From positions 1-50,515 of the forward strand of contig JBDREM010000360.1 in the NCBI GenBank assembly GCA_043819695.1: a stretch of DNA of 50,515 nucleotides. Direction: 5' to 3'. The notes under the pieces are model-generated. The model did no database searches, had not been told where the DNA came from, and saw nothing but the letters and a program-made list of their open reading frames with translations. The translations under genes and the position numbers were made by a program. Below, piece after piece: positions 1-10,432 of the stretch (within the stretch, counting starts at the first letter, position 1; every line of letters begins with the position of its first letter). The stretch comes from Planctomycetota bacterium (GTDB lineage: Bacteria; Planctomycetota; PUPC01).

Positions 1-156
1 CGCCTCGCAGACGAGGTAGTGGTACGTGAGCAGTTCGTCGATGCCCCAGAGCGCCAGCTTGCCGAATTCCGGCGCGAAGAGGTGCGTGTGGACGTCGAGG
101 ATCTTCGTGCGGCCGACGGCCGACGCGACGACGCGGGCCAGTTCTGATTTCGTCAC
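1..156 (-). CDS. N-terminal fragment (52 codons, continues off the left edge) of a metal-dependent hydrolase-like protein (amidohydrolase / glucuronate-isomerase-like)
   Basis: My own minus-strand translation gives (V/M)TKSELARVVASAVGRTKILDVHTHLFAPEFGKLALWGIDELLTYHYLVCEA. The GTG at 156-154 is preceded by GGAGAAGG. D-x-H-x-H is a typical first metal motif of amidohydrolase-type TIM barrels. The fragment is too short to appear in the ORF track. Confidence 0.35.
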   Translation of the reverse strand, partial: MTKSELARVVASAVGRTKILDVHTHLFAPEFGKLALWGIDELLTYHYLVCEA

Positions 157-247
157 ACCTTCTCCTCGCATGCGGATGAGCGGCAGCGTCCTGTGGATGG
201 AGATGATATCCGCGAGGCGTGGCGGAGTCAACGGAAGGCGGGGGTGG

Positions 248-1543
<1,296 letters not shown>

Positions 1544-1548
1544 ATCGG

Positions 1549-2169
1549 CTAACCTTTCGAGTACTCGAGTACCTCGTCGATGATGCCGTACTCCTTCGCC
1601 TCTGCGGCGCTCATAATAAAGTCCCTGTCAGTATCCTTTTCGATCTTTTCGAGGGGCTGTCCAGTGTGGAACGCAAGAATTTCGTTGATGCGCTGCTTGG
1701 TCTTGATGATGTCTTCGGCTTGGATGGCGATGTCCGACGCGGCCCCCCCGATGCCCGAGGCCCAGGGCTGATGGAGCAGGATCTTGGCGTTGGGGAGTGC
1801 GAAGCGTTTTCCCTTCTGACCCGCGGCCAGAAGCACGGCGCCCATGCTCGCCGCGAGGCCGACGCAGTAAGTCGCCACTTCGCACCTGATGAATCGCATC
1901 GTGTCGTAGATGGCGAGGCCGGCGTCGACGGACCCGCCGGGCGTGTTGATGTAGATGTCGACCTGCGCCTTCGCCTTGTCGGTCTGCAGGAAGAGAAGCT
2001 GGCCGATGATGAGGTTCGAGACGACGCGGTCGATCGAGTTGCCGAGGAAGACGATCCGGTCCTTGAGCAGCCGCGAGAACACGTCCCAATGCGTCAGGTG
2101 CTCCTGGGACTTCTCGACGACGCTCGGGTTGATGAGCGGCTCCTGGCCGAAGATCTTCTCGGAATGCAT
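1549..2169 (-). CDS. clpP: ATP-dependent Clp protease proteolytic subunit ClpP
   Basis: 206-aa ORF with ClpP-family blocks ([24 protein letters not shown] with the Ser nucleophile, LLHQP). It ends 5 nt upstream of clpX. Confidence 0.97.
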   Translation of the reverse strand: MHSEKIFGQEPLINPSVVEKSQEHLTHWDVFSRLLKDRIVFLGNSIDRVVSNLIIGQLLFLQTDKAKAQVDIYINTPGGSVDAGLAIYDTMRFIRCEVATYCVGLAASMGAVLLAAGQKGKRFALPNAKILLHQPWASGIGGAASDIAIQAEDIIKTKQRINEILAFHTGQPLEKIEKDTDRDFIMSAAEAKEYGIIDEVLEYSKG

Positions 2170-2264
2170 TACGACCCCTCCTGGTCTTGGCGGCGATTGC
2201 GCGGCTGGGAACGGACAGTGGTCTGCGGCATTGTTCGGGCCCCCGTGGCTTGAGCGGGCCCCCC

Positions 2265-3602
2265 TTATTCGCCGGATTCGCCGGGCTTCTTGCTCTTGGC
2301 CTTCGATGCAGACTTCTTGGTCTCCTTGATGGCCGCCTTTTCGAGCAGGAAGGCCTTGACTTTTTCCTCGCGCATCGAGGAGCGCAACTCGCCGAGCCGA
2401 TCTTCTCGCTCAAGGTCACGCAGAACCTGGTCGGGCGACCGGCCGTAGTTGGCCGCGAGCAGCTCGACTCGCGCCTCGACCTCCTCCTCGGTCACAAACA
2501 GGCGTTCCTTCTCGGCGATCTTGTCGAGGATGAAGAACATCTTCGCCTCGGCCTGGGCCGACTTCTTCGACTCCTTCTTCAGCTCGTCGAGCTGCTTATC
2601 GATCTCTTCGGGCGCCACGCCCCGCTGCCGCAGGACGAGGCTCCGGCGTATCAGCAACCCTTGCGCCATGTTGCTGACGATGTCCTCGGGCAGCTCGAAA
2701 TCGGCTTTCTTCGCGAGCTGCTCGAGCATCTGCTCTTCAAGCTTGTCCTGTACGTCCCGCTCCTTCTCGCGCTCGACGGCGGCCCTGATCTCGTCGTTGA
2801 ACTCGTCGAGCGAGTCGAACCCGACTTCCTTCGCCCACTCGGCGGTGACCTCGGGCATGGCGGGCCTGCGAACGCCATCGAGCCTCAGGGACAGCGTCAT
2901 CTTCGCGCCGCGCTTGGCCTCGTCGCCGAATGCGTCGGGGATGGTAATCTCCCTCTCGATGGTGTCGCCGACCCCGAGGCTTGTGACGAGCTCGGTCGTC
3001 TCGTCGGCCGTCATGCCGATTAGGACGTGATCGCCGGCGATGAACCGGTGATCGGGGACGTCGCGGTAAACTTCGTCGCCTTCCTTTAGAATGAGGCGGG
3101 TGACGACGATGTCATCGATCTGGGGCGCACCTTCGGAGACGTCCTCGAGCTTGGCGTAGCGCCGGCGGACGTAGTCGATGCGCTTCTTGACCTCGGCCTT
3201 CGTGGGACTGGTCGGCGGCTTTTTCAGCTCGAGGTCGGTGTAGCCGTCAATCTCGAACTCGGGATGGACCTCGATGGTGACACCGAACGTGAGCGGCTTG
3301 CCCGCCTCGAACTTGATCTCCTCGTCGAACGCCGGTGTGCCGAGGGGCCGAAGCTCCTTCTCCTTGACGGCCTTATCGAACGAATCGGTGACGAGCGTCT
3401 GCTTCGTATCATCGTCGACCTGCTTGCCGAACCTGCTCTTCATCAGCCACCGGGGCACGTGCCCCTTGCGAAAACCGGGCATGGCCGTCGCTTCGTTGAG
3501 CTGATCGTAGGTCTTATCGAGCTCTTCGTCGACCCGCTCCGCCGGAACCTCGATCTTGAGAAGCTTCTTGCACGGGCCGATGTCTTCAACCTGAACTTGC
3601 AT
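2265..3602 (-). CDS. tig: Trigger factor
   Basis: The ORF track extends to 3728, but the extra 42 codons run into the tRNA gene. The conserved trigger-factor N-terminus MQVQVEDIGPCKKLLKIEVPAERV starts at the ATG at 3602-3600. The protein has a GFRKGHVP ribosome-binding-type motif and a Lys-rich C-terminal tail. Confidence 0.92.
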   Translation of the reverse strand: MQVQVEDIGPCKKLLKIEVPAERVDEELDKTYDQLNEATAMPGFRKGHVPRWLMKSRFGKQVDDDTKQTLVTDSFDKAVKEKELRPLGTPAFDEEIKFEAGKPLTFGVTIEVHPEFEIDGYTDLELKKPPTSPTKAEVKKRIDYVRRRYAKLEDVSEGAPQIDDIVVTRLILKEGDEVYRDVPDHRFIAGDHVLIGMTADETTELVTSLGVGDTIEREITIPDAFGDEAKRGAKMTLSLRLDGVRRPAMPEVTAEWAKEVGFDSLDEFNDEIRAAVEREKERDVQDKLEEQMLEQLAKKADFELPEDIVSNMAQGLLIRRSLVLRQRGVAPEEIDKQLDELKKESKKSAQAEAKMFFILDKIAEKERLFVTEEEVEARVELLAANYGRSPDQVLRDLEREDRLGELRSSMREEKVKAFLLEKAAIKETKKSASKAKSKKPGESGE

Positions 3603-3683
3603 TGGGTAACAGTCCTCTAGCCTTCGGCGGCCTGCGGCCCCGTCCAGCAGCGGGCAGGACGGAACAACCCGCCCTGAAATGAG

Positions 3684-3758
3684 TGGAGCGGGCGAACGGA
3701 TTCGAACCGTCGACAGCCACGTTGGCAACGTGGTGCTCTACCACTGAGCTACGCCCGC
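3684..3758 (-). tRNA. tRNA-Gly (anticodon GCC), CCA encoded
   Basis: The reverse complement reads GCGGGCGTAGCTCAGTGGTAGAGCACCACGTTGCCAACGTGGCTGTCGACGGTTCGAATCCGTTCGCCCGCTCCA. It has a 7-bp acceptor stem (GCGGGCG/CGCCCGC) and a D loop AGCTCAGTGGTAGAGC. The anticodon stem CCACG/CGTGG carries loop TTGCCAA, and the T arm is GGTTCGAATCC. Confidence 0.93.
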
Positions 3759-3938
3759 ACAAATGCCGCCGCGTTTTCGGAGATTATAGCAGTGCCGTTC
3801 GTACCTGTCAACCGGCGGCGGCGGCGTTTTTTCTTGCTTCCGCTCCCCGATGGCATTAGAATGCATATGGTCTTGACTTCCGGAACGGGGCGGGGCGGGG
3901 GAAGGCCGAACAACGGCTGGTCTTCGACGGGCGTGGAA

Positions 3939-4751
3939 ATGATCGACGCACAGGTCAACGAGAACGCCACCCATTACCAGACGCTATGCGTGCCGCGCAA
4001 CGCGTCCAGGCGCGAGGTACAGGCCTCGTTCCGCCGGCTCGTCAAGGTCTATCATCCGGACAAGAACCCGCAGCGCGTCAAGTGGGCCGAGGGCCAGATG
4101 CGGAAGCTCCTCGACGCATACGAGACCATCTCCGACAACACCCGCCGCGCGATCTACGACCGCCATCTGCTTGCGCGCCGCGCCGGCATGTCTTTCGTCG
4201 AGCGGATGTCGCGCAAGAAGGACGACCCCGCCGCACAATCGAAGCTCGTCCTCCATTACCTCCTCGCCGGTGAGTTCGAAGCCGCCATCGACCTCCACGA
4301 ACGGCTCGCGCAACGCCGCTCGACGTTCAACCTCGGCCATTACCTCGACGAATGCGACTATCTCGACTCACTCTTCCTAATGGGCGAGGCCTACGAGCAG
4401 CGCCGAATGTGGCGTACCGCCGTCCGCTTCTACTGGGAAGCCTACGAGCGCGAGCGCACCGAGCCGAGGAAACGCTACTTCTTCGACGAACTCAGAGATC
4501 GGCTCCGCGTGATCTTCTCGCAGCGCCTCGTGCGCGGTCTGGCGCCCGAGGATGCACTCAAGAGCTGCCGCCGAGCGCTCGGAATGTGCTCCAGCGGCCG
4601 CGACGCCGCGCTCGTCCACAAGAAGATCGCTGTCCTCCAGAACCGGCTCGGCCGGCCCGCCGACGCGGTCGAATCGCTCAATAAGGCCAAGCAACTGTGC
4701 CCCAGCATGAAAACCGTCGATGCGCTGAGGGCCAGCATCGCCGGAGATTGA
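3939..4751 (+). CDS. J-domain (DnaJ-like) protein with helical/TPR-like C-terminal region
   Basis: J-domain signature HYQTLCVPRNASRREVQASFRRLVKVYHPDKNP (HPD motif). The ORF track starts at 3792, but those codons overlap the tRNA flank. The ATG at 3939 (MIDAQVNE) is the more plausible start; start uncertain. Confidence 0.8.
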   Translation: MIDAQVNENATHYQTLCVPRNASRREVQASFRRLVKVYHPDKNPQRVKWAEGQMRKLLDAYETISDNTRRAIYDRHLLARRAGMSFVERMSRKKDDPAAQSKLVLHYLLAGEFEAAIDLHERLAQRRSTFNLGHYLDECDYLDSLFLMGEAYEQRRMWRTAVRFYWEAYERERTEPRKRYFFDELRDRLRVIFSQRLVRGLAPEDALKSCRRALGMCSSGRDAALVHKKIAVLQNRLGRPADAVESLNKAKQLCPSMKTVDALRASIAGD

Positions 4752-4761
4752 GGAAGCGCCA

Positions 4762-5664
4762 ATGACGCTGCCCGACGCCATCACCGAATTCAACCTCGAC
4801 ACGCTCCCGCTACTGCGCCGCGGCAAGGTGCGCGACATCTTCGAACTGGACGGCAACCTGCTCATCGTCGCGTCCGACAGAATCTCGGCGTTCGACTCCG
4901 TCCTCGGCTCCGGCATCCCGCTCAAGGGCAGGGTGCTGACCGCGCTCTCGCTCTTCTGGCTCGAGACGCTCGCGGCCGCGTCGGACAACCACGTCATCAC
5001 GGCCGACGTCGACGCCATGGGCGAAGCCGTCGCGCCCCACGCCGACATCCTCCGCGGCCGGTCGATGCTCGTGAAAAAGGCCGACGTCGTGCCGGTCGAG
5101 TGCGTCGTGCGCGGCTACCTCGCCGGCTCCGGCTGGAAGGAATACCGGAAAAACGGCTCGGTCTGCGGCATCGAGCTGCCCGAGGGACTCGTCGAGAGCA
5201 GCAAGCTGCCCCAGCCCATCTTCACGCCCGCCGTCAAGGCCGAGTCCGGCCACGACGAAAACATCTCGTTCGAAAAGGCATGCGACATGCACGGGGGCGA
5301 ACTGCTCGCCGAACTGCGCGGCCGAAGCGTCGCGCTCTACACGGAAGCGGCCGACTGCGCCGCCGGCCGCGGCATCATCATCTGCGACACCAAGTTCGAG
5401 TGGGGAACGGCCGACGGCTCGCTCGTCCTCATCGACGAGGTCCTCACGCCCGACTCCTCGCGGTTCTGGCCGAGCGACCAGTACCAGCCCGGCAAGCCGC
5501 AACCGTCGTTCGACAAGCAATACGTCCGCGACTGGCTCGAGAGCGAGAGCGGCTGGGACAAGGAGCCGCCCGCGCCCCCGCTGCCCGACCACGTCGTCGA
5601 GCGCACCACGCAGAAATACCTCGACGCGTACCGCAAGCTCACCGGCCGCGACCAACTCCCGTGA
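4762..5664 (+). CDS. purC: Phosphoribosylaminoimidazole-succinocarboxamide (SAICAR) synthase
   Basis: 300-aa ORF with PurC blocks RRGKVRDIF, ASDRISAFD, ICDTKFEWG and DEVLTPDSSRFW. Confidence 0.95.
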   Translation: MTLPDAITEFNLDTLPLLRRGKVRDIFELDGNLLIVASDRISAFDSVLGSGIPLKGRVLTALSLFWLETLAAASDNHVITADVDAMGEAVAPHADILRGRSMLVKKADVVPVECVVRGYLAGSGWKEYRKNGSVCGIELPEGLVESSKLPQPIFTPAVKAESGHDENISFEKACDMHGGELLAELRGRSVALYTEAADCAAGRGIIICDTKFEWGTADGSLVLIDEVLTPDSSRFWPSDQYQPGKPQPSFDKQYVRDWLESESGWDKEPPAPPLPDHVVERTTQKYLDAYRKLTGRDQLP

Positions 5665-5680
5665 ACTCACCGCTCGGGAC

Positions 5681-5813
5681 GAACTGCCTCAGCGACACCA
5701 ACTGCCTCAGCAACACGAACTGCCTCAGCAACACGAACTGCCTCCGCGACACCAACTGCCTCCGCGACACCAACTGCCTCAGCAACACGAACTGCCTCCG
5801 CAACACGAACTGC
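5681..5813. repeat. Tandem repeat, 18-bp unit SAACTGCCTCMGCRACAC, about 7.4 copies
   Basis: Units read directly at 5681, 5699, 5717, 5735, 5753, 5771 and 5789, with a partial unit at 5807. Only three positions vary. The array starts 17 nt after the purC stop. Confidence 0.95.
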
Positions 5814-5890
5814 ATCTTACACCGACCGAGCGCGCCGACCGCGGCGAACTGTCTTGCAGGCACGAGCTACGCCCCCCACGGCAGCAAACC

Positions 5891-5928
5891 ATGCACTCTG
5901 AACGTTCAGCCGAACGCTCAGAGCACAC
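5891..5928. repeat. Copy A of a ~40-bp near-palindromic repeat (ATGYAYTYTGAACGTTCRGCYGAACGCTSAGAGYA)
   Basis: atgcactctgaacgttcagccgaacgctcagagcacac. The core ctctgaacgttcag/ccgaacgctcagag is an imperfect palindrome (4 mismatches in 28). Confidence 0.85.
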
Positions 5929-5944
5929 ACCATCCGGTGCCCAT

Positions 5945-6032
5945 GCATCCGAAGATATGCGTTCCTGCATCCGAAGATATGCGTTCCTGCATCCGAAGAT
6001 ATGCGCTCCTGCATCCGAAGATATGCGCTCCG
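5945..6032. repeat. Tandem repeat, 22-bp unit GCATCCGAAGATATGCGYTCCK, 4 copies
   Basis: Units at 5945, 5967, 5989 and 6011. Copies 1-2 are identical, and copies 3-4 share a T>C change. Confidence 0.95.
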
Positions 6033-6056
6033 GTCTCCCGCGCGTCCCTGAAAGTT

Positions 6057-6101
6057 ATGTATTTTGAACGTTCGGCCGAACGCTGAGAGTACATGCTATT
6101 G
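6057..6101. repeat. Copy B of the near-palindromic repeat, just 3' of the PaaX-like gene
   Basis: atgtattttgaacgttcggccgaacgctgagagtacatgctattg. About 90% identical to copy C, in direct orientation. Confidence 0.85.
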
Positions 6102-6123
6102 GCCATGCATGCTAAGATGCATG

Positions 6124-6912
6124 CTATCCGGCGCCTTCACGAGCGTCGCGGTTCAGTCTCTCGCGAAGCTCCGCGAGGCCGCTCTCCGCCGCTTGTCTTG
6201 GCCAGTCCGCGGGAAGGAGTCTCGGAGGGAGCATCGGGTCCCCTCGAGCGAGGAGCGCCATTTCACGCCGCGCCCAGATGGCGGTCTCGACGCGGCGCTT
6301 TGCCCCCGCGCGCGCGGAAAGGCTCAGTGCCGAGCGGCACTTGGCCGCAATGGCGCGGTAGCCGTTGACGAGGGAGTGTATATCCCAGAGGCTGGCCGGG
6401 TCCGCAGGAGCATCACCGGCGAGCGGGAGTAGTTCGGCACCCCGCAGGAAGGACACGGTGCCGCCGAACGTCCATCCTCGCAGATGTTCGTCGAGGAACG
6501 CTGACCAGTCGTACGGCGAGAGCCAGGAGCTCGCCGACTGCTTTGCATAGCCCATCTGGTGGAGGAGCCTGACGAGTCGCATCCGTACCCGACTGCACGA
6601 CTCGGGAATGTCATAAACCAGCAGGTTCCACGTTCCATTCCACTTACGCTGCGAGAGCTTAATCTTGTGGTCCAGAATGACGTCCGGTGTGGCGAGGGAA
6701 AGAATCGAGATCTGAGTGTTGGCCCCCTGGCCGATGCGACTGATCTCGCCCTTGCGCGCCAAGTAGGAGAGCATTTGCCTTACTTCGATCTCGGAGACAG
6801 CGTAGTCGAGCAGATCGAGCAAGTAGAACAGTGGCTTCAGGCCGGAGTGACGTCGAAGGATCCACAGACAGGACCTGAATTCGAAGTAGTCTCGTGATTC
6901 TCTGTTCGTCAT
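6124..6912 (-). CDS. PaaX-family transcriptional regulator-like protein
   Basis: 262-aa ORF with an N-terminal wHTH-like segment. The PaaX middle-domain signature is KWNGTWNLLVYDIPESCSRVRMRLVRLLHQMGYAKQSASSWLSP (compare W-x-G-x-W-x-L-V-x-x-x-x-P-E). The C-terminal half is helical. GC is visibly lower than in the neighbours. Confidence 0.75.
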   Translation of the reverse strand: MTNRESRDYFEFRSCLWILRRHSGLKPLFYLLDLLDYAVSEIEVRQMLSYLARKGEISRIGQGANTQISILSLATPDVILDHKIKLSQRKWNGTWNLLVYDIPESCSRVRMRLVRLLHQMGYAKQSASSWLSPYDWSAFLDEHLRGWTFGGTVSFLRGAELLPLAGDAPADPASLWDIHSLVNGYRAIAAKCRSALSLSARAGAKRRVETAIWARREMALLARGDPMLPPRLLPADWPRQAAESGLAELRERLNRDAREGAG

Positions 6913-6944
6913 CGGTCACCTCCCTGCCTGCAACGGTCAACGGC

Positions 6945-6988
6945 ATGTACTTTGAACGTTCGGCTGAACGCTCAGAGTATCATGATTG
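6945..6988. repeat. Copy C of the near-palindromic repeat, in the PaaX-like / pdxB divergent promoter region (candidate operator)
   Basis: atgtactttgaacgttcggctgaacgctcagagtatcatgattg. It lies 33 nt upstream of the PaaX-like start codon. Confidence 0.8.
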
Positions 6989-7088
6989 TGGCGCCCGGTC
7001 AAGTGTGTGGTAGGAAGGGAGACGGGTTGCGGGGCGCGATGTGCACCAGACCTTTCCAAGAAAGGGGCAAGGCGGTAGAATCTCTCTT

Positions 7089-8231
7089 ATGAAGATCGTC
7101 GCCGACAGCAATATCCCGTTCGCGGCGGAGGCGTGCGCCGGGCTCGGCGACGTCGAGATCGTCAAGGCCGGCGAGCTCTCGGCCGAGCGGCTCCGCGATT
7201 GCGACGTGCTCCTGTGCCGGTCGACGCGGAAGGTCAACGCCGAACTGCTCGACGGGACAAATGTCCGGTTCGTCGCCACCGCCACCATCGGCGTCGACCA
7301 TGTCGACCTCGATTATCTCGAGGGCCGCGGCATCGGGTTCGCGAGCGCGCCCGGGTCGAACGCGAACTCGGTCTCGGAGTACGTCACGTCGGCGCTCGTC
7401 GTCATGGCGCACGAGATGGGCCGGAGGCTGCGCGACATGGCCATCGGCGTCGTCGGCGTGGGCAACGTCGGCCGCCGGGTCGTCAGGAAGGCCGGGGCGC
7501 TCGGCATGACGGTCCTCCAAAACGATCCGCCGCTCGAAAGGCAGACGGGCGAGAGCCGCTTCCGGCCGCTCGTTGAGCTCATGGATGCCGACGTGATCTC
7601 GCTCCACGTCCCGCTCACCCGCGCGGGTGAAGACGCGACACACCACATGGTCGACCGAGCGTTTCTCGACAGGATGAAGCCGGGCGCGACGCTGATCAAC
7701 TCGGCGCGGGGCGCCGTCGCCGACACCGCCGCCCTCCACGCCGTAATCGACAGCGGCAAGCTGCCAGCCGTCGCCCTCGATGTCTGGGAGAATGAGCCGA
7801 ACATCGACGCGGGCCTGGTCGCCAAGGTCGCAATCGCCACGCCCCACATCGCCGGACACTCGTTCGACGGCAAGGTGAACGGGACGAAGATGGTCTACGA
7901 CGCGGCCTGCGAGTACCTCGGCGTGCCGGCGTCGTGGACGCCTGACAGCGTGATGCCGCCGCCCGCGGTCCCCAGGATCGAGCTCGATGGCCGCGGCCGC
8001 GACGACGAGGACGTCGTTCGCGACGCCGTCCTGGCTCTGTATGACGTTCGCCGCGACGACGCCGGTCTGAGGCGGATGCCGAAAGACGGCACCGGCGGCG
8101 AACACTTCGCCCGGCTGCGGCGGGAATACTGGCGGCGCCGCGCTTTCCACAACACGACCGTCGTCCTTACCGGCGGCTCGGCCGAGTTGCGGGCGACGCT
8201 TTCCGGCCTCGGCTTTCGGCTCGAAGGCTAG
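7089..8231 (+). CDS. pdxB: Erythronate-4-phosphate dehydrogenase (D-2-hydroxyacid dehydrogenase family)
   Basis: The N-terminus MKIVADSNIPFAAEACAGLGDVEIV...VRFVATATIGVDHVDLDYL...GIGFASAPGSNANSVSEYV follows the PdxB pattern. An NAD motif GVVGVGNVGRRV and a PdxB-type extra C-terminal domain are present. The ATG at 7089 is preferred over the ORF-track start at 7041. Confidence 0.87.
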   Translation: MKIVADSNIPFAAEACAGLGDVEIVKAGELSAERLRDCDVLLCRSTRKVNAELLDGTNVRFVATATIGVDHVDLDYLEGRGIGFASAPGSNANSVSEYVTSALVVMAHEMGRRLRDMAIGVVGVGNVGRRVVRKAGALGMTVLQNDPPLERQTGESRFRPLVELMDADVISLHVPLTRAGEDATHHMVDRAFLDRMKPGATLINSARGAVADTAALHAVIDSGKLPAVALDVWENEPNIDAGLVAKVAIATPHIAGHSFDGKVNGTKMVYDAACEYLGVPASWTPDSVMPPPAVPRIELDGRGRDDEDVVRDAVLALYDVRRDDAGLRRMPKDGTGGEHFARLRREYWRRRAFHNTTVVLTGGSAELRATLSGLGFRLEG

Positions 8232-8473
8232 GGAGCGGCCTCGCTGCGGCCGTTCGCACTCCTCTCTGGGGTGCGGTCCGCGAGCCGCCCTTACGAACGG
8301 CCCACCCACGTTCGCATGGTGGAGTTCGCGTAGCGAGCTCAAAGGGGCCGAAGGGCGGCCGTCGCCCGTGGAGCTATTTCAAACTCGCCGCACATGTTGC
8401 TAAAGTTTTCGCCGTAACATGTCGAAATAATCTACAGTGCTGGTTTCATCCGCGGCGGCGCCGTGTCAGTTGG

Positions 8474-9181
8474 GTGCCGCGCCCTGCTGAAACACAGAAA
8501 CCCGTGAGAACGCTCGCGATTGAAACGTCTTCGGCCCGGGGCTCCGTCGCTCTTCTGGACGATGGCGGGCTCGTCGCGGAGAAGGCGTTCGGCGAGGGTT
8601 CGCGGCACGGCCGGGAGTTGCTGCCTTGCGTCGACGAGCTTCTCGGCGGCGAGCCGGCCGGTGTCGGTCTCGTGGCGGTCAGTGCGGGGCCGGGGTCGTA
8701 CACGGGTCTTCGCGTTGGCGTCACGTTCGCGAAGACGTTCGCAATAGAATCAGACGTGCCCGTCGTCGGCGTGTCGTCGCTGGATGCAATCGCGGCGAAC
8801 GTCACGCAGCCGTGCGAGCTTTGCGTGGTGGCCGATGCAAGGCTGGGCAAGGTTTTCGCGGCTCTCTACGACCGGAAAGGGAAGAAGGTCTTGGGAGACA
8901 TCGCCGCTTCGCCGGGCGAAGTGGCGGCCGGATTGAAACCCGGCACTTTGGTCATCGGCGGCGGGCTTAAGCGATATCGCGACATCTTCGCCCGGGCGGC
9001 GGAGGTGTCCGATGACGAGTCGATATGGTGGCCCACAGCGGTGAACGTCGGCCGGCTCGGGCGGGCGAAGTTCGCGGACGCGGGCGGCGAGGACCCGCAC
9101 GCGCTCGTGCCGCGGTACTTGGGGCGGCCTCAAGCGGAAGTTAAATGGGAACAATCGCAGAACGCGTCTGGGCGGAAATAG
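8474..9181 (+). CDS. tsaB: tRNA t6A37 biosynthesis protein TsaB (YeaZ-like)
   Basis: LAIETSSARGSVALL...GRELLPCVDELL...VAVSAGPGSYTGLRVGVTFAKTFA matches the TsaB/YeaZ fold signature. The start is GTG at 8474, with an alternative GTG at 8504. Confidence 0.85.
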   Translation: MPRPAETQKPVRTLAIETSSARGSVALLDDGGLVAEKAFGEGSRHGRELLPCVDELLGGEPAGVGLVAVSAGPGSYTGLRVGVTFAKTFAIESDVPVVGVSSLDAIAANVTQPCELCVVADARLGKVFAALYDRKGKKVLGDIAASPGEVAAGLKPGTLVIGGGLKRYRDIFARAAEVSDDESIWWPTAVNVGRLGRAKFADAGGEDPHALVPRYLGRPQAEVKWEQSQNASGRK

Positions 9182-10365
9182 ACCTCGACGCGATAGCTCA
9201 GAACCTCCGATACGCTCAGGCCCGCGTCGGCGGGTCCGTCGGCGTGATGGCCGTCGTCAAGGCGAACGCCTACGGGCACGGCGCGGTCGACGTCGCCCGC
9301 GAGGCCGTGCGGCAGGGTGCGCGGGCGCTCGGCGTGGCGACGCCGGCCGAGGGGGTCGAGCTCCGCAGCGCCGGCATCGGCCTGCCGATCGTTGTCATCG
9401 GCTCCTGTCTCGAAGACGAGATCGAGCCGGCGGTCGAGCATGGCGTCTCGCTCTCGCTGTCGCCGGGCGAAATCTTCTGGCCGATCGTCGAGGCCGTGAA
9501 GAAGCTTGGGCGATGCGCCCACGTGCACGTGCTCGTCGACACGGGCATGTCGCGTGACGGCTTGCCGCCGGACGCCGCGCTCGAGCTTGCCGAGCACGTC
9601 GCCGACACCGCGCAGCTCCATCTCGAAGGCACATACAGCCATCTGGCGACCTCGGCGGGCCGCGACAAGACGTTTTGCCACGAGCAGCTCGACCGGTTCA
9701 ACCGCGCGATCAGCGAGATGCTCGCCCGCGACATCGACCCCGGCATGATCCATTGTGCGAGCAGCAGCGGGCTCTTCACGCTGCCGAGCGCCCACTTCGA
9801 CATGGTGAGGCAGGGCCTCACGCTCTACGGAGTCGCGCCGTCGCCGCACGTGGCGTCGGCGGCCGACCTCGTGCCGTCGATGTCGGTGAAGACCCGCGTG
9901 ATCGCGGTGAGGGAAATCGGCCCGGGCGAGAGCGTCGGATACATGCGGCACTTCACGGCCGAGCGGCCGACGCGCGTGGCAACCGTCCCGATGGGGTACG
10001 CCGACGGCCTGCGGCTGACCCAGCCGAACCGGGGCGCCGTGCTCATCAACGGCCGGCGGGCGCTCGTCGTCGGACGGATGATGATGGACTGCGTTGCGGT
10101 CGACGTCACGAGCCTGCCGAGCGTCCGGCTGGGCGACGAGGCCGTCGTGATCGGCAAGTCCGGCCGGAACGAGATCTCGGCGGTCGAGGTCGCCGAGTGG
10201 TGCGACTCCAGCCCATACGAGGTCTTCTGCTCGCTCGGCCGGCGCGTCCGCCGCATCTACACCCGCGGCGGCAAGCGCATCATCCCGCGCGAGACGGCCG
10301 CTGAACGCGACAGAGTCGACGACTCGGCCCGCGTGCCCGATCCCTCCCCGCCGCTTACCCCCTAG
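9145..10365 (+). CDS. alr: Alanine racemase
   Basis: PLP-lysine block VMAVVKANAYGHG, then HLATSA and VGYADG-type (PMGYADG) blocks. The gene overlaps the tsaB 3' end by 37 nt, so the start could be slightly downstream. Confidence 0.92.
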   Translation: MGTIAERVWAEIDLDAIAQNLRYAQARVGGSVGVMAVVKANAYGHGAVDVAREAVRQGARALGVATPAEGVELRSAGIGLPIVVIGSCLEDEIEPAVEHGVSLSLSPGEIFWPIVEAVKKLGRCAHVHVLVDTGMSRDGLPPDAALELAEHVADTAQLHLEGTYSHLATSAGRDKTFCHEQLDRFNRAISEMLARDIDPGMIHCASSSGLFTLPSAHFDMVRQGLTLYGVAPSPHVASAADLVPSMSVKTRVIAVREIGPGESVGYMRHFTAERPTRVATVPMGYADGLRLTQPNRGAVLINGRRALVVGRMMMDCVAVDVTSLPSVRLGDEAVVIGKSGRNEISAVEVAEWCDSSPYEVFCSLGRRVRRIYTRGGKRIIPRETAAERDRVDDSARVPDPSPPLTP

Positions 10366-10432
10366 CAGCCCCCGCACTCAAAAGGTATCATAAGGGGCGA
10401 CGGCACCGGGCCGAAGGAGATTCTCTCCGTTC

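Noticed and set aside
5681-6032. Possible CRISPR array.
   Set aside because: The repeats are head-to-tail with no unique spacers, and the units (18 and 22 bp) are shorter than CRISPR repeats. No cas genes are nearby. The W-x-L-V-Y-D-I-P-E motif in the neighbouring gene belongs to a PaaX-type regulator, not Cas2.
5100-6086. 328-aa ORF containing TNCLS(D/N) hexapeptide repeats.
   Set aside because: Its first half overlaps purC out of frame, and its repeat part is simply the translation of the 18-bp tandem DNA array. The composition is Arg-rich junk, so it is treated as non-coding repeat DNA.
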